Shown here: in pieces, positions 23,971 to 36,610 of the stretch
How the letters are laid out: each line of letters opens with the position of its first letter
Position numbering within the stretch: the first letter of the stretch is position 1
NCBI GenBank assembly: GCA_020536535.1
Contig: JAHLWZ010000793.1
Span: 117,239-181,238 of the forward strand
Origin: Pelomyxa schiedti
Lineage: Eukaryota > Protista > Evosea
Direction: 5' to 3'
Length of the DNA: 64,000 bases
Made by a program: the position numbers and the translations under genes
The notes under the pieces: model-generated
Databases searched by the model: none
Told to the model about the DNA's origin: nothing
Seen by the model: the letters and a program-made list of their open reading frames with translations, nothing else

Positions 23971-26900
23971 TCAGTGGGTTGCTCTCTGAATCTGTTCAAC
24001 ACGCCTGCACACTTCTTCCACAGACACTCCCATTCCTTGGACAACCAAAGCCATCCTGTGGTATCCAGGTTAGATGGTTTATTGTCGTGTCGGCCCTGCA
24101 CACTTTTCTTTTGAGAGGTCCAAGAATGACTCTATCAAATCACCATCAATAAATCCATATGCTTCCTCGGTTCTTCTCTCGTTGGAGAAAGACCTCCACC
24201 TGTTTTTAGCACTTAGGTTAAATTGTAGTAGATTGAATGGAAGAAGCCTACTGTGAATGAAGGATTCCACCGACGCCGGAGATTACTGACGTGAGCTTAT
24301 TTTGTAAAGTCAGGAAGAAATCAAACGTCTCCTTTGACAGTGAAGCTACAACGCCGACCATGCCCCCCACTGTGCAAAATAGTACAGTAGAAAGTACAGG
24401 GGACTCATTTGTGTCCATCAGTTTCATAACAAGAGACCCTTCGGAAGAGTGAGCTATAAAATAAGGTGCTTTTTTTGCACACCATGTCTGAACTTGTTAA
24501 CATATTCACCCAAATAAAACTGTCCACACACATCCAGCCTCTGCCTTTCATCATCCGAAGTAGAATCACTATTTGTCTTCAGGGTAAATAAATTACAGGA
24601 ATTCTCTGCGGCTGTACAGAATGTGAGGAGGATATTTGTGGAAACATTTCCTTTGATACCTAAGTAGGTGTCTTCATCCAGAAACTCGATGGCAGTCAAC
24701 CAGTTTGGATTGAAATCTCTTGCAAGTTCAACCAGTTGTTGCTCGACTTCTTTATAACCAATTACCATCATGGATTTCATCAAGTCACCTTTATGGATGT
24801 GGGGTGGTTATTGGAAACAAGTTAAGTTGCAACACACCAACAATAGCAATATCACCACGTGAAACTAGCCAAAGAGCTAAAACATTAGTGTGGCAACTGC
24901 AATGATTCACTAAGGCTTTGCTGTGATGATACGATGAAGATGTTGAGGTGGAAGAAGACACTTGGGGAGTTTGCCATTCAAGAACTTTTACTTTGTCATT
25001 GACACTAGCTATAATTCGGCCCCCTACAAATGAATCTAGGGAGTAAACGGCCCCTTTGACTTGTCTCTCACATACAAGCTCCAGTGTGTGGTGCGAACAG
25101 TCAAAAACAAGCACTCGTCCTTTGGTGGGTTCCACTGGGCTTTTAAGTAAAAATAGAAAGAGACCAAGATGCAACCTTCATCTGGGTCAACGTAGGCAGT
25201 GCCAACGACGAAATAGGGCTTAGAACCACTTTCATCAGGGAGTTTTGTTGAAAGGATAGAACAGCCAGCTTCTTTGGCATCAAGCTCGAACTTGTGAATT
25301 GCTAAAGAATACGTGGGAATATGGAGAGGGATGGGGGGAGGGAGACATACTGTCGAATGTTTCAGAATTGATTAAACGTACATAGCTGACAGGATCGACA
25401 TCGTCATTTGTGATTGTTAGTACACAAAAATTCTTAGTTTCTTCCTGATTTTACGTCAGTCGTCACAGTAATTTGGAACAAGTACCTGATATGCTATCCT
25501 CCTTGGCATTTCTTCCAAAGGAATTGTTCTTATGTGTAGTTTCTGCATGTCATCAACACTCCCAACTTTAAGACCAGCTTCGGTAGCAAGGGCAATGCTG
25601 TTCGGTAGAAGGCGAGTATTGAGTGTGCACATGTGGGTCACCTCCTATCACAAATTAATAGAGGTGTATACAAAGAGATAATAAACCTTGATGTTGACAT
25701 TTGAAAATCTCAACTTGCCATTGGATGTATATACGAGTGTGGGTCGATCTGCAGCCACGAACACAGATGTGCCATGTTGATAGACATTGAGTGACAGGGG
25801 TGTGCTTGCCAGCCTAACTTTTTTTTTCTCCTTCAACTGGCCAGTCTGCGTTTTGAGATAATAGAGGCAACGTCATTCACTAGTGCTGGAGATAGAGAAA
25901 AATACATCTAGAACAAAGGAACAAAGAGTGCCATCTCCCATGCCACATAAAACATAGCTTACTCCCTCCATACTTGCATACATGACCGATCTAGCAATCG
26001 TTTCTGCATGTATGTAAGACTCAAGATTTCGTTTAATATTAACCTTCAAGGGTTGCCATGCACACAAGGTCCAGAGATGGGATCTTCAATACGTGAACGG
26101 ATAGATCACCCCAGAGCCCAACGACACCAATGCTTGAAAATGCTTCACCGAAAACGCCGACATCTACGCAAGATACTTCATTGGCCATCTTGGTTTTACT
26201 ACATTTAATCAGGGAGTGTAGAAAAACGACAATAGAAGTACCTGACTTGCACAATCTTATTGGCTTGAATTTCAAGGTAAAATAAGTTGCCATCACCAGT
26301 TGATAGTAGCACCTGCTGACTGTTGCACGAAACTACCTTTATTTGGGTCCCCTTTCCAGGTTCCCATTGTGACAGAAGGGTATAATTTGTGCCACTTACG
26401 AGGCGAATGCCTCCTGAAGTTACCTATGCATAGTTTAAGGATAATAAAAAAGATTGTCTACAGAACCTGAATAAAATTGCCATGCACAACATTACCACAA
26501 TACATGGACTGAACAGAACAATCGAAGCCTGGAATTTCAAACTCAGAGATTTCTTCTTCTCTGAAAGATAAAATCCTGGTCGCACTAACAAAAGACACTG
26601 AATCACGTTAATTTACTGTGCAAGCAGAAATGTACTACCAACTACAAATTCATCGAATTGTGGCTCGGTAGAAGACCGTAAAGACCACAGCCCTCTTAAA
26701 CCTGATTTGTTGTGAGTAGGAGTTGGTAGAACTATTCGAAACCAGTCAAATTTTCAAAAGAAGCTCTCTCAGACACTCCTACACCATTACTTATCACTCT
26801 AAGGGAACAATCTCGGTAGGCACCCGAGCAGGTAACAAGTTGACCCTTTTCAATCAGAAAGTTAAAAAGTTTAGCTGGAGAGACCCTCTACCTCTCCTTG

Positions 26901-28447
26901 CTTAGCTAGATCCACTACAACAAAATCAGGAGTAGGGCCAATATTGACAAACCTGTCAAGTACCTCAAAATTATCACCTGAACTGGTGTAAAGCCTACAA
27001 TAACTTAAGAGGCTTTCCATACCACTGGCATTCTTCTCACTCAGTAGTCTAATTAACTTAGAGTCACTGAACCGAGATCCTAGATACCAATTAGTAAACC
27101 TTGACTTAGAAGTTTTACCATCAACCTACAAATACAACTCCATTGTCTACATAGGAAATAGTAGACGCTGCACAAACCTAGATAAACTGTTACCATTATT
27201 TGGTTTCTGAAATAAATCAACCATTCCAATTGTGTCTAGTCGTATGTCGGCCAACTTTGAACGGGCTCTCTCCAAAGTGAGAACATACAATAGGCCTTGT
27301 TCATCACCAAGCAGAATGCGTTTTCCATCTTCATCAATCTTACCATACCTACACAACAACATACATTGAATATTTAGTCAAGTCCAATGGGAATGTGTAA
27401 CATACACCACCATAGTTGTGGGCTTCATGGAGAGAGCTTTGTAGCTTGCATGGTCAGCTGCAGCTGATGCTGCTGACGATGCCCCGGTGGCGGGTGTACT
27501 GGTTGGTTTTTGACCATTGTGGTATGTGATAGTCTGCTCACTTACGATGATAATGCCACCTTGGGGAGTAAAAAAAAAAAAGGAAAAAAAAAAGGTATTG
27601 ATACCTAATGGAGATGGAACGGGAATAAGCATTGTTGTCCCACTTTCGACATTACGTAGATCCCATGGGCCAGGTACAATCTCTAAATCAGACTAAAATG
27701 GTTAATGTTTCTAGTCATGTCAAAAATCAAAATAACGATTTCTTTTACATTCTGATCATGTGCTGTCAACTCATATGTCTTAACATGTCTTACATCTCCT
27801 GGAACTTGGTAAAGTACTACAAGTGTAGGTACACGTGTGTTGTATTGAAATTGAATGTCAATGATGTTGACTTCCTCCAGTCTAATTTGAAAACAAGAAT
27901 TAAGTCCCAAATGACTTGAGCAAACTCCAAACCTCAAATTATAAGCAGAAATGCTAGACGACATATTACGAGTCATTGGTATAACTTTAAGTATCCCATT
28001 GTACAATAGAAGGGCGGCTACTCGGAGGTTTGGGTCAATGGCCCCAAGCATTCCACCCTTATTACACCAATGAATATAAGTGTGAAAAGTGGCAGAAAAA
28101 CCTGACAAGGGATCCCCACTCTATCTCGGACATTGCATGTCCATTCAGTTTGGATTTCCCGTTTTATAGAATTATAAGAGAGAACGCATAAATGGTATTG
28201 TTCCGTGCAAATCATCAAATGGTCTTGTTTGCTTCCCTGCACATGTTACTAATGTCACCACGCAGTCTGTTTGTATTGCAACACACAGTGGGTCTGAACA
28301 CTTTAAACAATCCAACCCTGCCATACAGTGTGACATCAGCAAGTGGTGCAAGTCCATCTTCCACAACTTTGAAAATCTCCATTCTCGTACTTCGCCTGCC
28401 ATTTTGATAAAACTTAATACCAAGAAATAACCAGAGCCAGCAACAAA

Positions 28448-28515
<68 letters not shown>

Positions 28516-28778
28516 CGAGAGCAGGGAGACAAAAAAAAACCCCCAAAACAACCACCCCCGGCGTACACGATAATCAAATTGACATCAGTAGGAGATGTGA
28601 AATTGGCCATGGACGAGAAGTGAACAGCAGTTGGCTTGTGAGCAGTGACCACGTAGTTCCAGCATCTCCCCACGCCCCCTCCTCCGCCCCTAGCTGACGT
28701 CGTCGTAGACGTGCTCGCTGCGCTCGTGCTCGTGCTCGTGGATGTAGTCGCCGTCGATGTCGCCGTAGAACTCGCCAT
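23971..28778 (-). CDS. DDB1: DNA damage-binding protein 1 (CRL4 adaptor)
   Basis: [53 protein letters not shown]-like segment, [79 protein letters not shown]; ends [15 protein letters not shown]. Confidence 0.95.
28453..28514. repeat. 62-nt A homopolymer (poly-U in DDB1 intron 1)
   Basis: Counted directly; mirrored by 62 T at 54273-54334. Confidence 0.9.
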
Positions 28779-28874
28779 CACCTCGTCGCCACAGATAGAA
28801 TGGAAAAGTGGGCGATTAGAAAAAACCTCGGCGAGATCTGGTGGGCAGTTGCCAGTTAATAAAGACAAATTGCG

Positions 28875-29528
28875 ATGTCGGGCGAGCCGGTGGTGTGTGA
28901 AATATGCACGTCGCAGCCACACAAGTACACGTGTCCTGTTTGCGATCTCAAATTGTGTGTAAGTCTCACCGCCTCGTTGTGCTTTCCTTTCGAGGCACCA
29001 CTCTCCTTTCCTAAGCTAATGTTGGTTTTTTTTTTTTTTTGCTCCCACAAGCTGTTCTGTGCCTTGTTGGAAGAGGCATAAAGGTTCTTATCGTCCCCCA
29101 AAAAGACAATTTCGACTTGACAATGAGTAGAATCTCCGTGCAAGCCCAGTTTACACCCACGTGTGATTGACGATCAAGTGTATGTCGTTACGCCAAGACA
29201 ATTTTCTGAACTTGGTGTGTCGTGCTTTCTTATTACCTTTTTTTTTGTTGGAGACTTCTGATGTTCCCTTTAGCTTCATCGGTTACAGTGAGGAAACTTT
29301 TGCAAAATCCCGCTTTGCAGGAAAAAATTAGAAGCATCGACAGTGCACCAAAAGCGAGGTTTTCTCATCTTTCGAAAGATATTGCTTCAAAAATAAAACT
29401 TACTCCCTGTTAGTAGGGAAGCACTACTTAATAAAGCACTGGAAGAAGATAAGGAGTTTGCGGGCTTTGTAAATGTCATGCTGCAGGTTGTTCGTATACG
29501 TAGTGCAACTGGAAAATGTATTCTTTGA
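28875..29528 (+). CDS. ZNHIT3: Zinc finger HIT domain protein 3-like (box C/D snoRNP assembly factor)
   Basis: CEICTSQPHKYTCPVCDLKL|CSVPCWKRHK zf-HIT motif. C-terminal region VRKLLQNPALQEKIRSID...ALEEDKEFAGFVNVMLQVV. Confidence 0.8.
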
Positions 29529-29563
29529 TATGTTTATTCCCTTGGCTTTGAGCAAGGCTCGAT

Positions 29564-31552
29564 TCACTCGAGGATTGCCATTAGTTTCAGTTGCCTAAGT
29601 GAGCATGAACCGATGACCCCATGCAGCTCGTTTTTCGCCAGTGCCAGCATTGTAATAATGCTGTAAAACAAGTTGTTTGGTCCCTTGATGTTGTTACTTT
29701 TTTGGTTAGAGGGAATAAAAAAGCCTCTTACTGGGTACACTGGTATTTTGTTTCCATCATACACGACTTCATAGTGGGGTGGGCTCAAATCCTTCTGGAG
29801 AATAGCAATCCCCTTTGTGAGAGCATCTAACAAAGTATCAGGCTCCGCACAGTTACAAGGAACATACCAACCTTTGGGTTGCTCAAAAAGTACAACATGG
29901 TTCTGGGAAAACGGGAAAAACAAGTCCAGATACGTGTAGAACAAATGGAATACAAGAATAGCATCAGTGGGGTGCTGATTTGTCCACTTGACACCTCCAG
30001 AGCTACCACCATTCCATGTGTAGTCAGGCATAAGATTTCCTCCTCGAGAAAGTTCTGAGTATCAAGAGAGAATTTTCTAAATTAAAGAACTGTAGAAAAG
30101 GGTATGAATTCAACCTGCAACTCTATGTTTGATGTAAGTCTCTGAGAAGGGGTACCGTGTAATATTTGTAAAACGGGCTACCACCTAACCATCTATCAGT
30201 GGGAAATTGCCACTACAGTCACACATGCATTTGCATCGGTTTGAGAAACAAGGGGAATGAAGACATATGCCATCAACCACTGCTTCATCTTATCTGTGCA
30301 ATCGGGGATTCGACCTGCCACAAGCTCACTCAATCTCTACAGATGTGAAAGATAAGCAATAGTTGATGAAGATGAGGAAGCTCTTTACCCGTAAAGATTC
30401 CGCTTTATAATCTGGAGAGTTGCAGGACAGTATCACCGCTGCACCTGCGGAAGAAGCGGCTGGGCTGAACAAGTTATAAGCGGGAGGCATTGGACCAATA
30501 CATGTACCAAGGTGGGGCGGGTTGGTATTCCTTTGGTTGAAATATCTCAGTGAATTCACATTCAAAGCCTGGTGAAGTGCCTTCATTAAAGTCTGCAGGT
30601 GCAAATTCACTAAATCTCTGTGATTGACTGTTCAATGTATAGGCCATTTGATTATACGAGCGACTCATTCTCTCATCCGGGAACAGAGTATCTATTTACG
30701 TAACAAGGTGAAAAATAAACATGCCGTTTCCCAGAAGATACAAACTTGTTGTCCTAAAGAAAAAAGTTAGCAACACAAAAAAAAAAACATTGTGAGAAAA
30801 GAGTATTGTTACCGGAGAGGAGTCTGAGAGAAATCCAGTCGTTGTTGACCAAACTGGATTTGTCCGGAGAGTAAACTAGGTGCCGTCTGCTCCAAACGAA
30901 TAGGTGTGACTGAAAGTGTGCGAGCAGTTTGCTGAAGTCTCAATCTTGGATCAGAAGGGGCTGGGGTCAAGGCAGGTGTGACAGGTAAATTTTGCTGGGG
31001 TGTTGGTGGTGTTGTTGTTGTTGTAGTAGGGGATTCGGAGGATAGCCGAGAATACATTTGATATGCACAAATATAGGCGGACCTGGCCAGGAGTGCCACG
31101 GAAATAGTATAGGCTAAATGCAAAGTCTCAGAAAACAAGGCAGGAAATAGAAAACTGCAGCCAACCTAAATAATGTACAAATGTCCAGTCCAAAACAATC
31201 AACGTCGACCGTAATCCCCTGAGATTCCAGGATTAACACTTCCTTCAACAACGATGATATGACGCATGCAATCACACAAACCTAAACATTGGGAATCTGA
31301 AAAAAGCTGCCGTAGCTGCTGCGTACAAAAACAATTTCCTAGCGTCAGAAAAATTCCCTGCGCTCCACGATGCACGCCCACTCCGTGCGCCGCTTCCCAC
31401 AAGTTGAGGTTGCCGTGGCCCTGCAAACAACCTCTTAGGACAACCCAAAACAATAACCCCTCGAAAGGATACGTACTTATGGGAGTGGGAGTCGCCACGG
31501 CACTGTTATTGATTCGTCGCGTCGGAGTAAGTGTGCCTGCTTGCGTGTTCAT
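29564..31552 (-). CDS. TMEM209: TMEM209-like nuclear envelope membrane protein
   Basis: N-terminal hydrophobic segments and a Thr/Pro-rich linker. C-terminal YTWNGG..W...HPTDAILVFHLFYTYLD...PPHYEV...GPNNLFYSII matches my recollection of the TMEM209 C-terminus (LPTDS.I.MH.F.TYLD, PPHY, GRNN.F). The 5' exons are uncertain. Confidence 0.72.
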
Positions 31553-31645
31553 CGTTCAGTGGCTACGGAAATTGGCTGCCAACAGAATCTGAAAATTTTC
31601 TTCCGTGAACATCACAACTCTGTTAATAATAAAAAAAACAAAAGA

Positions 31646-32618
31646 ATGCGTTCATTGAGTCTTCTCTCTGCCTTGGCTTTCTTCGTTTCCTTCTCACACC
31701 AAGTACAGTCTCCAATCCCTCCCACAACTTCGATCTCACAAAGCCACACCAGACTGTGTACGACATACACGCCAAGTTGCCCCCCGAGCTGAGTCAAGAG
31801 ATAGTGGACCTCAGTCTCCAGATTCAACAATTGTGCCCTAACGACGAAATCTCCTTCGATTGGGCTCTGCCTCACATCACCCTGTACCAGACTGACTTTG
31901 TAAATGATACCTTAGACGATGTAGTCGCTGCGTATGCATTTTGTTCTCGTTTACATTGTAATGACAGTTGCGTAATAGAAATATGTCAAACATCAAATAG
32001 TGAATATTCTCAAAACTACACTCCTCTTTTGAGATATAATTGCATACATAAGGGGCTGATTTGACGCTCAGGATGGATCAACTTGCTCCAACACTCCACA
32101 CATGCAAAGCTACTATGGGAGCCCCGCTGCTTTCGGGTCAGTATTTCATGTGGGAAGTATCTGTGCCAAATGACTGCCTTCAGTGGCTTAGTGACAGCGT
32201 TGTCAATGCCACCTACCAGTACCGCAACAAAACACAAGCAATCCCTGAGTGGGTTTTCGATGAACCAAATCCCCCTCGCAATGAGATGATACTGTACTGC
32301 TTGAAGGTTTATTTTTTCCTGCTTATTTTCCGTTTGTCACCATTTTTTTACAGTACGGCTCCCCTGGAGTTTTTGACCAGTTTTCGCCTCAGTAAGTCCT
32401 TCTCTCACTTCAGTCCAGCTTTTACAATCCTAACCATTCCCAGTGTCACTTTGGCTTGGGACAGTGTCGATGATATGACCCCGCTGCTTGATTTGGACTA
32501 CCCCCCCGTTGAATTTGAAATCAGTGTTGTTGGGATTGGACTGGTTGGAATACACGGCACTGTTTTAAGAGGAACCGATTTGGGAACATATACACTACCA
32601 AATGAAGGAGAAAAGTAG
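31646..32618 (+). CDS. Signal-peptide-bearing 2H phosphoesterase (2',5'-RNA ligase/CPDase fold)
   Basis: Leader MRSLSLLSALAFFVSFS. First motif LPHITLY at 31870. Second motif FSPHVTL forms only after removing intron 32392-32443 (CA|T), preceded by YGSPGVFDQF. Confidence 0.72.
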
Positions 32619-32705
32619 ACGTATGAAAGAAGTGAAATTCAAAAATTAGTTTGTTCAAATCAATTCCTGTTGTAAGCAGTGTCATTTGTTGAAGGGTGGA
32701 TTTGC

Positions 32706-33553
32706 CTAGGACATCTTGGCGCGGCTAAAGTCCATTTCGGGGTGTTGTTTCATAAATTTCTCCAGCATCTTCTGCTTGTCCATTTCTTCCGAGGTGGGCA
32801 AACCAAGAGCCTTCTGCCTTTGGTCGAACATCATCTTCTCCACCATCTGGCGGGTCTCTCCATCAAGGTCACTCAGCTTGCTATTTTCCGGCTCCACCTA
32901 GCAACCATGAGTAAGAAGGGTCGCATGAATGGTTTTTTTAACCTTGGTCGTGTCAATCTCGGGGTCACCCTTAAATACGCACTTCCACCATTCCATTTGG
33001 TTGAGCTTTGTGATTTCGAACACAACGTCGCGCTGTTCATCCAAGCTCCAAAAGCTATCACCACTGCGAATTGGCTTATCGAAATCGGCGTCAATAATGA
33101 GAGTGCCCCTATGCTTGAACAACAAATGCTTGTCGGTCATCTTAATGAGAACATCTCTTCCTCGTGTACCTGTGTATTTCGTTCAGAATAACGTCAATAT
33201 ATCTCGCTATGTATCTCACAACCACTCCCTTTCTTCTACTATTATTTGACACCAAAGGGGGGAAAAAAAAAAGGTACTAAAATCTTGTAAAAAGAAAATT
33301 TACCAGGAGTAACAGGGAAATGAACAGTGACCTCAGCTAGGCGCTGGGTCCAAGTGTACTTTTCGGTCTTGCCGCCTCCGTTGACTGGGAGCGTCTTTGG
33401 TGGCCCGCTCACGGCCGGTGCGGTCGGGGGCGGAGAAACAGCAGAAGATGCGGTAGTAGTTGTTGTAACCGCCTCTGTCGTTGTTGTGGTAGGCTCGGCT
33501 GTCGTTGTCGTAGTTCCGGTGCTGGGGGTTGCCGCAGTCGCTTCGTCAGCCAT
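32706..33553 (-). CDS. NUDC: Nuclear migration protein NudC (CS/p23 domain)
   Basis: [57 protein letters not shown]|[37 protein letters not shown]...[16 protein letters not shown]. Confidence 0.95.
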
Positions 33554-33824
33554 CTTTTTTTTCCTTTTGGAAAAAAAAAAGGTTGGAATCTCAAAAGATG
33601 GTTCCTCGCAGTCGCTCCAAAAAAAGCCTCAGAAAGCTCGGCATTGCACACCGGTGGGTTATGCGATGAAACGGGAAAGTGCAGTGTTTGATCAGGTACT
33701 GTGCCTCATCTCTTCGTTCGATCAAATCTCAATTATCACGAAACCTCCCCTAGAAAAAAGGAAAAAAAAAAGGCCTCTCCACACGGACACAGGGGAGTGC
33801 ACCTTTAGAACACCACAAAGATCA

Positions 33825-36543
33825 ATGGCGTCCCAGACAATTATAGAGCCTCAGAGAACCTCCCCCCGACCTCGTCTAGTTGCCTCCTCTGGATCATCGT
33901 CGTCCTCCCAGGAGGCCTCAGATGCTCAGTCTCAACCCCAGACCCAGACCATGACGATGGTGTCGGCAGATCCCGCCACCATCATATGCACCCCACCCAA
34001 TCCCATAATCACAACCACCACCAACAGCAACGTAAACATCAACACCATCAACCGGGGAGTGCCTCCTCCATTTGATGTCAAGGGAGTGAGTCAATGGTTG
34101 CAGGCCCAATTTGAGACTTTTGCACTAGAAAAGGCTGCTTGGTCTGATGAAAGAGCTCACTTGGTGGTACTGTTTTGATATCTTCTTTATAACTTTACGG
34201 GGAAAAAACAAAATTCATGTAAATTTTTGTGTTCATTTATTAGCTACAAAAAAAATTTAAAAAAGCTTCCTTTTCACTAAAAATCATCGTCGGTGTTTGG
34301 ACGTGTATAGCAACAAATTAAAACATTGGAATCTCGTTATGAAACACAATGCGAGGTATCCAAACACCTGGCACTAAGACTGCAAGCTCTCAATCAGTTG
34401 CCCCTATTACGCACCCTAAATTATACTGACATTTACAAGGCCTATTCCACAGGGCCTATTGGCAGACACCTATCCTACTCCCAGTACAAATACACTGCAT
34501 ATACATTCACCTGATGTTCTTGTTCAGTTGCCCTCCTAAACGACTTGTTGCTTTGTGCATTTACACATATTTTCCAGATATCTACGAGAAGTTGGCTATG
34601 GTTCCATCACTTGGATTGGCTCTGTGCCATCACAGAATCCACAACGCCCACCTTCACCCGTGCAACAACAACAACAGCAAGCACAAGCACAACCACAACC
34701 ACAACTACAAGCACAACCCACGGAGGTTACATCTACTCTCCCTCTCCAATCCTCTCCTAAAAAACAACCTGTGATGCCTTCTATTATCAGAGAAGGAACT
34801 TCAATCAGTCTAGTCGCTCACCAACTAGACGACCACAAAGCTATGCACCAACTTAAACGAAGCAACACACAACCCGATCCTAGAGCCCTTGCTCCATCTC
34901 TTCCAAGAGATTCACCACCAAGATCTCCCGTAATCACACATCTTATGGTACTTAGTTTTATACTTCTGAGACTTTCACTAATTCGCTGCTCAAGGTTGAA
35001 GACAATTCCATTGCACCCACACCCTCACCCTCATCACATGTCAAGTGGTTTCATTCAAGCACTCTAACTCATGGACTTGGGACATGCCGTTGCCTCTTGT
35101 TGCACCCTAATTCACAACTTTTTTATGCTGCAAGAGATGATGGAACACTCCAAATGTGGTCATTGTATGTCCCTGCTCTCACAAAATAGCACCTCACACC
35201 CCCAGGAGTAACTTTGCAGAGCCCTGTTACGTTTTCCGAGGCCACAGAGGCCCAGGTGAGCCGACCTCTCTTTTCCTGAGTCTAACCTAACCTACATAGT
35301 CGTGAACCTTGCCTTGTCAGTCAAAAATAATATCCTTTTGAGTGGCAGTGCAGATACTACAATAGTTTTGAACACAATACCCCCACCCACAATTCGAGCG
35401 TACTCATCCACTGGTACGCCTCGCTGTTCACCTCACCCTGACTGATCGAATTGCAGGAAATGTACATAAATACAGAATCTCTAGTGTCACTTGCCATACA
35501 GATATTGTGTGGTCGTTGTGTGCGCTACCTAGTTCATTTTTTTCTGCAAGTGCTGATAAAACTGTTCGCCACTGGGATTTGAACAAATGTACATCCTCTA
35601 ACAGTCCTGTTTTTACTGAAGTTTTGCAGTATCTCAGTTACAAACCTATCAATATCGACCAGAGGGTACATCCAAAAAGTGGTAAATGTTATTCTAAACC
35701 CTTTCCTTCAGAAAGTCAAGAATTCTGCACTCCTACTTGCGTTACAATAAGAGCCGGTTCAGATTCTCCCAACAGTGTTATTGTATGCTACAGCGAAGGG
35801 TTACTTGGCACCTTTGATATCGAGAGTGCAAAATGTGTGTTAGCCATGAAAAGCGGAGAAGAATATTCAAACATCAGCTTCAATAAGGTATCAATCCCCT
35901 AAATTTCCCTTAAAAATAAATTGTTTAGGTATCCCCTGTACCAGCTTTAGGTTCTGAGGCGTTTCTCGTTTCATCCACTGATTCAAATCTGAGATTGTAT
36001 GATATCTCATCAGGTTCTTCCTTTTCTATCTACACCAAAATTCTAATCATAGTCGTAACACAACTGTCAATTCGCGACTCACTACATTCCGTTTAGGAAA
36101 GAAACAATCACAGTGGAACATTGGCACAGCCACAACAGTGTCACTCGATTCATCTGAAACAAGTACCCTGTTGTGTTGTGGCTACGATGATGGCTGTGCC
36201 AGAATATGGGACTTGCGGAATATGGTCTCACCTTTATCTTCCATTTTCCCCCCTGAGGTTAGTTTCATTCCCCACTTTTTTTTCTTTTCTTGGTTGTCAA
36301 CCTATGAAAATCCTCACGTAAACACAGAAAAGCTGGTCCCGAATGGGTTCTGGAGTCACAGCACTCGCTTTCAACAGCACAAGTGAAGGAAGTGTTGTAC
36401 TATGTGCTCATGCAGATATGTCCATTAGTGTTCACCAACCCACACCCCCACAACCACAACCAAGCCTAGTAATGCCACCACACAGGCATTCTCAGAAACA
36501 ACCAGCATCACCACACCACGTTACCAAACCAAGACAATCCTGA
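33825..36543 (+). CDS. STRN: Striatin-family protein (N-terminal coiled coil + C-terminal WD40)
   Basis: FDVKGVSQWLQAQFETFALEKAAWSDERAHL...QIKTLE resembles the striatin N-terminal motif. Gln/Pro-rich middle. WD40 repeats: LLSGSADTTI, FFSASADKTVRHWDL, CGYDDGCARIWDLR, GSGVTALAFNS. Confidence 0.72.
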
Positions 36544-36610
36544 AATTGTTTCTTTTTTAAAAACAAATACATCCATTTGTACATTTTTTCTTTACCTACA
36601 TGAAACAAGT

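Noticed and set aside
5292-29528. Apparent clustering of RNA-processing genes (BRR2, two SR genes, ZNHIT3, with WDR12 nearby)
   Set aside because: They are interspersed with unrelated genes, and such genes are common enough for chance proximity in a compact genome.
31463-31472. GTATCCTTTC (minus strand), matching the U12-type 5' splice consensus, in the TMEM209-like 5' region
   Set aside because: A GT donor lies 4 nt upstream, there is no convincing TTCCTTAAC branch site, and I could not fix the reading frame. A single 10-mer is not enough.
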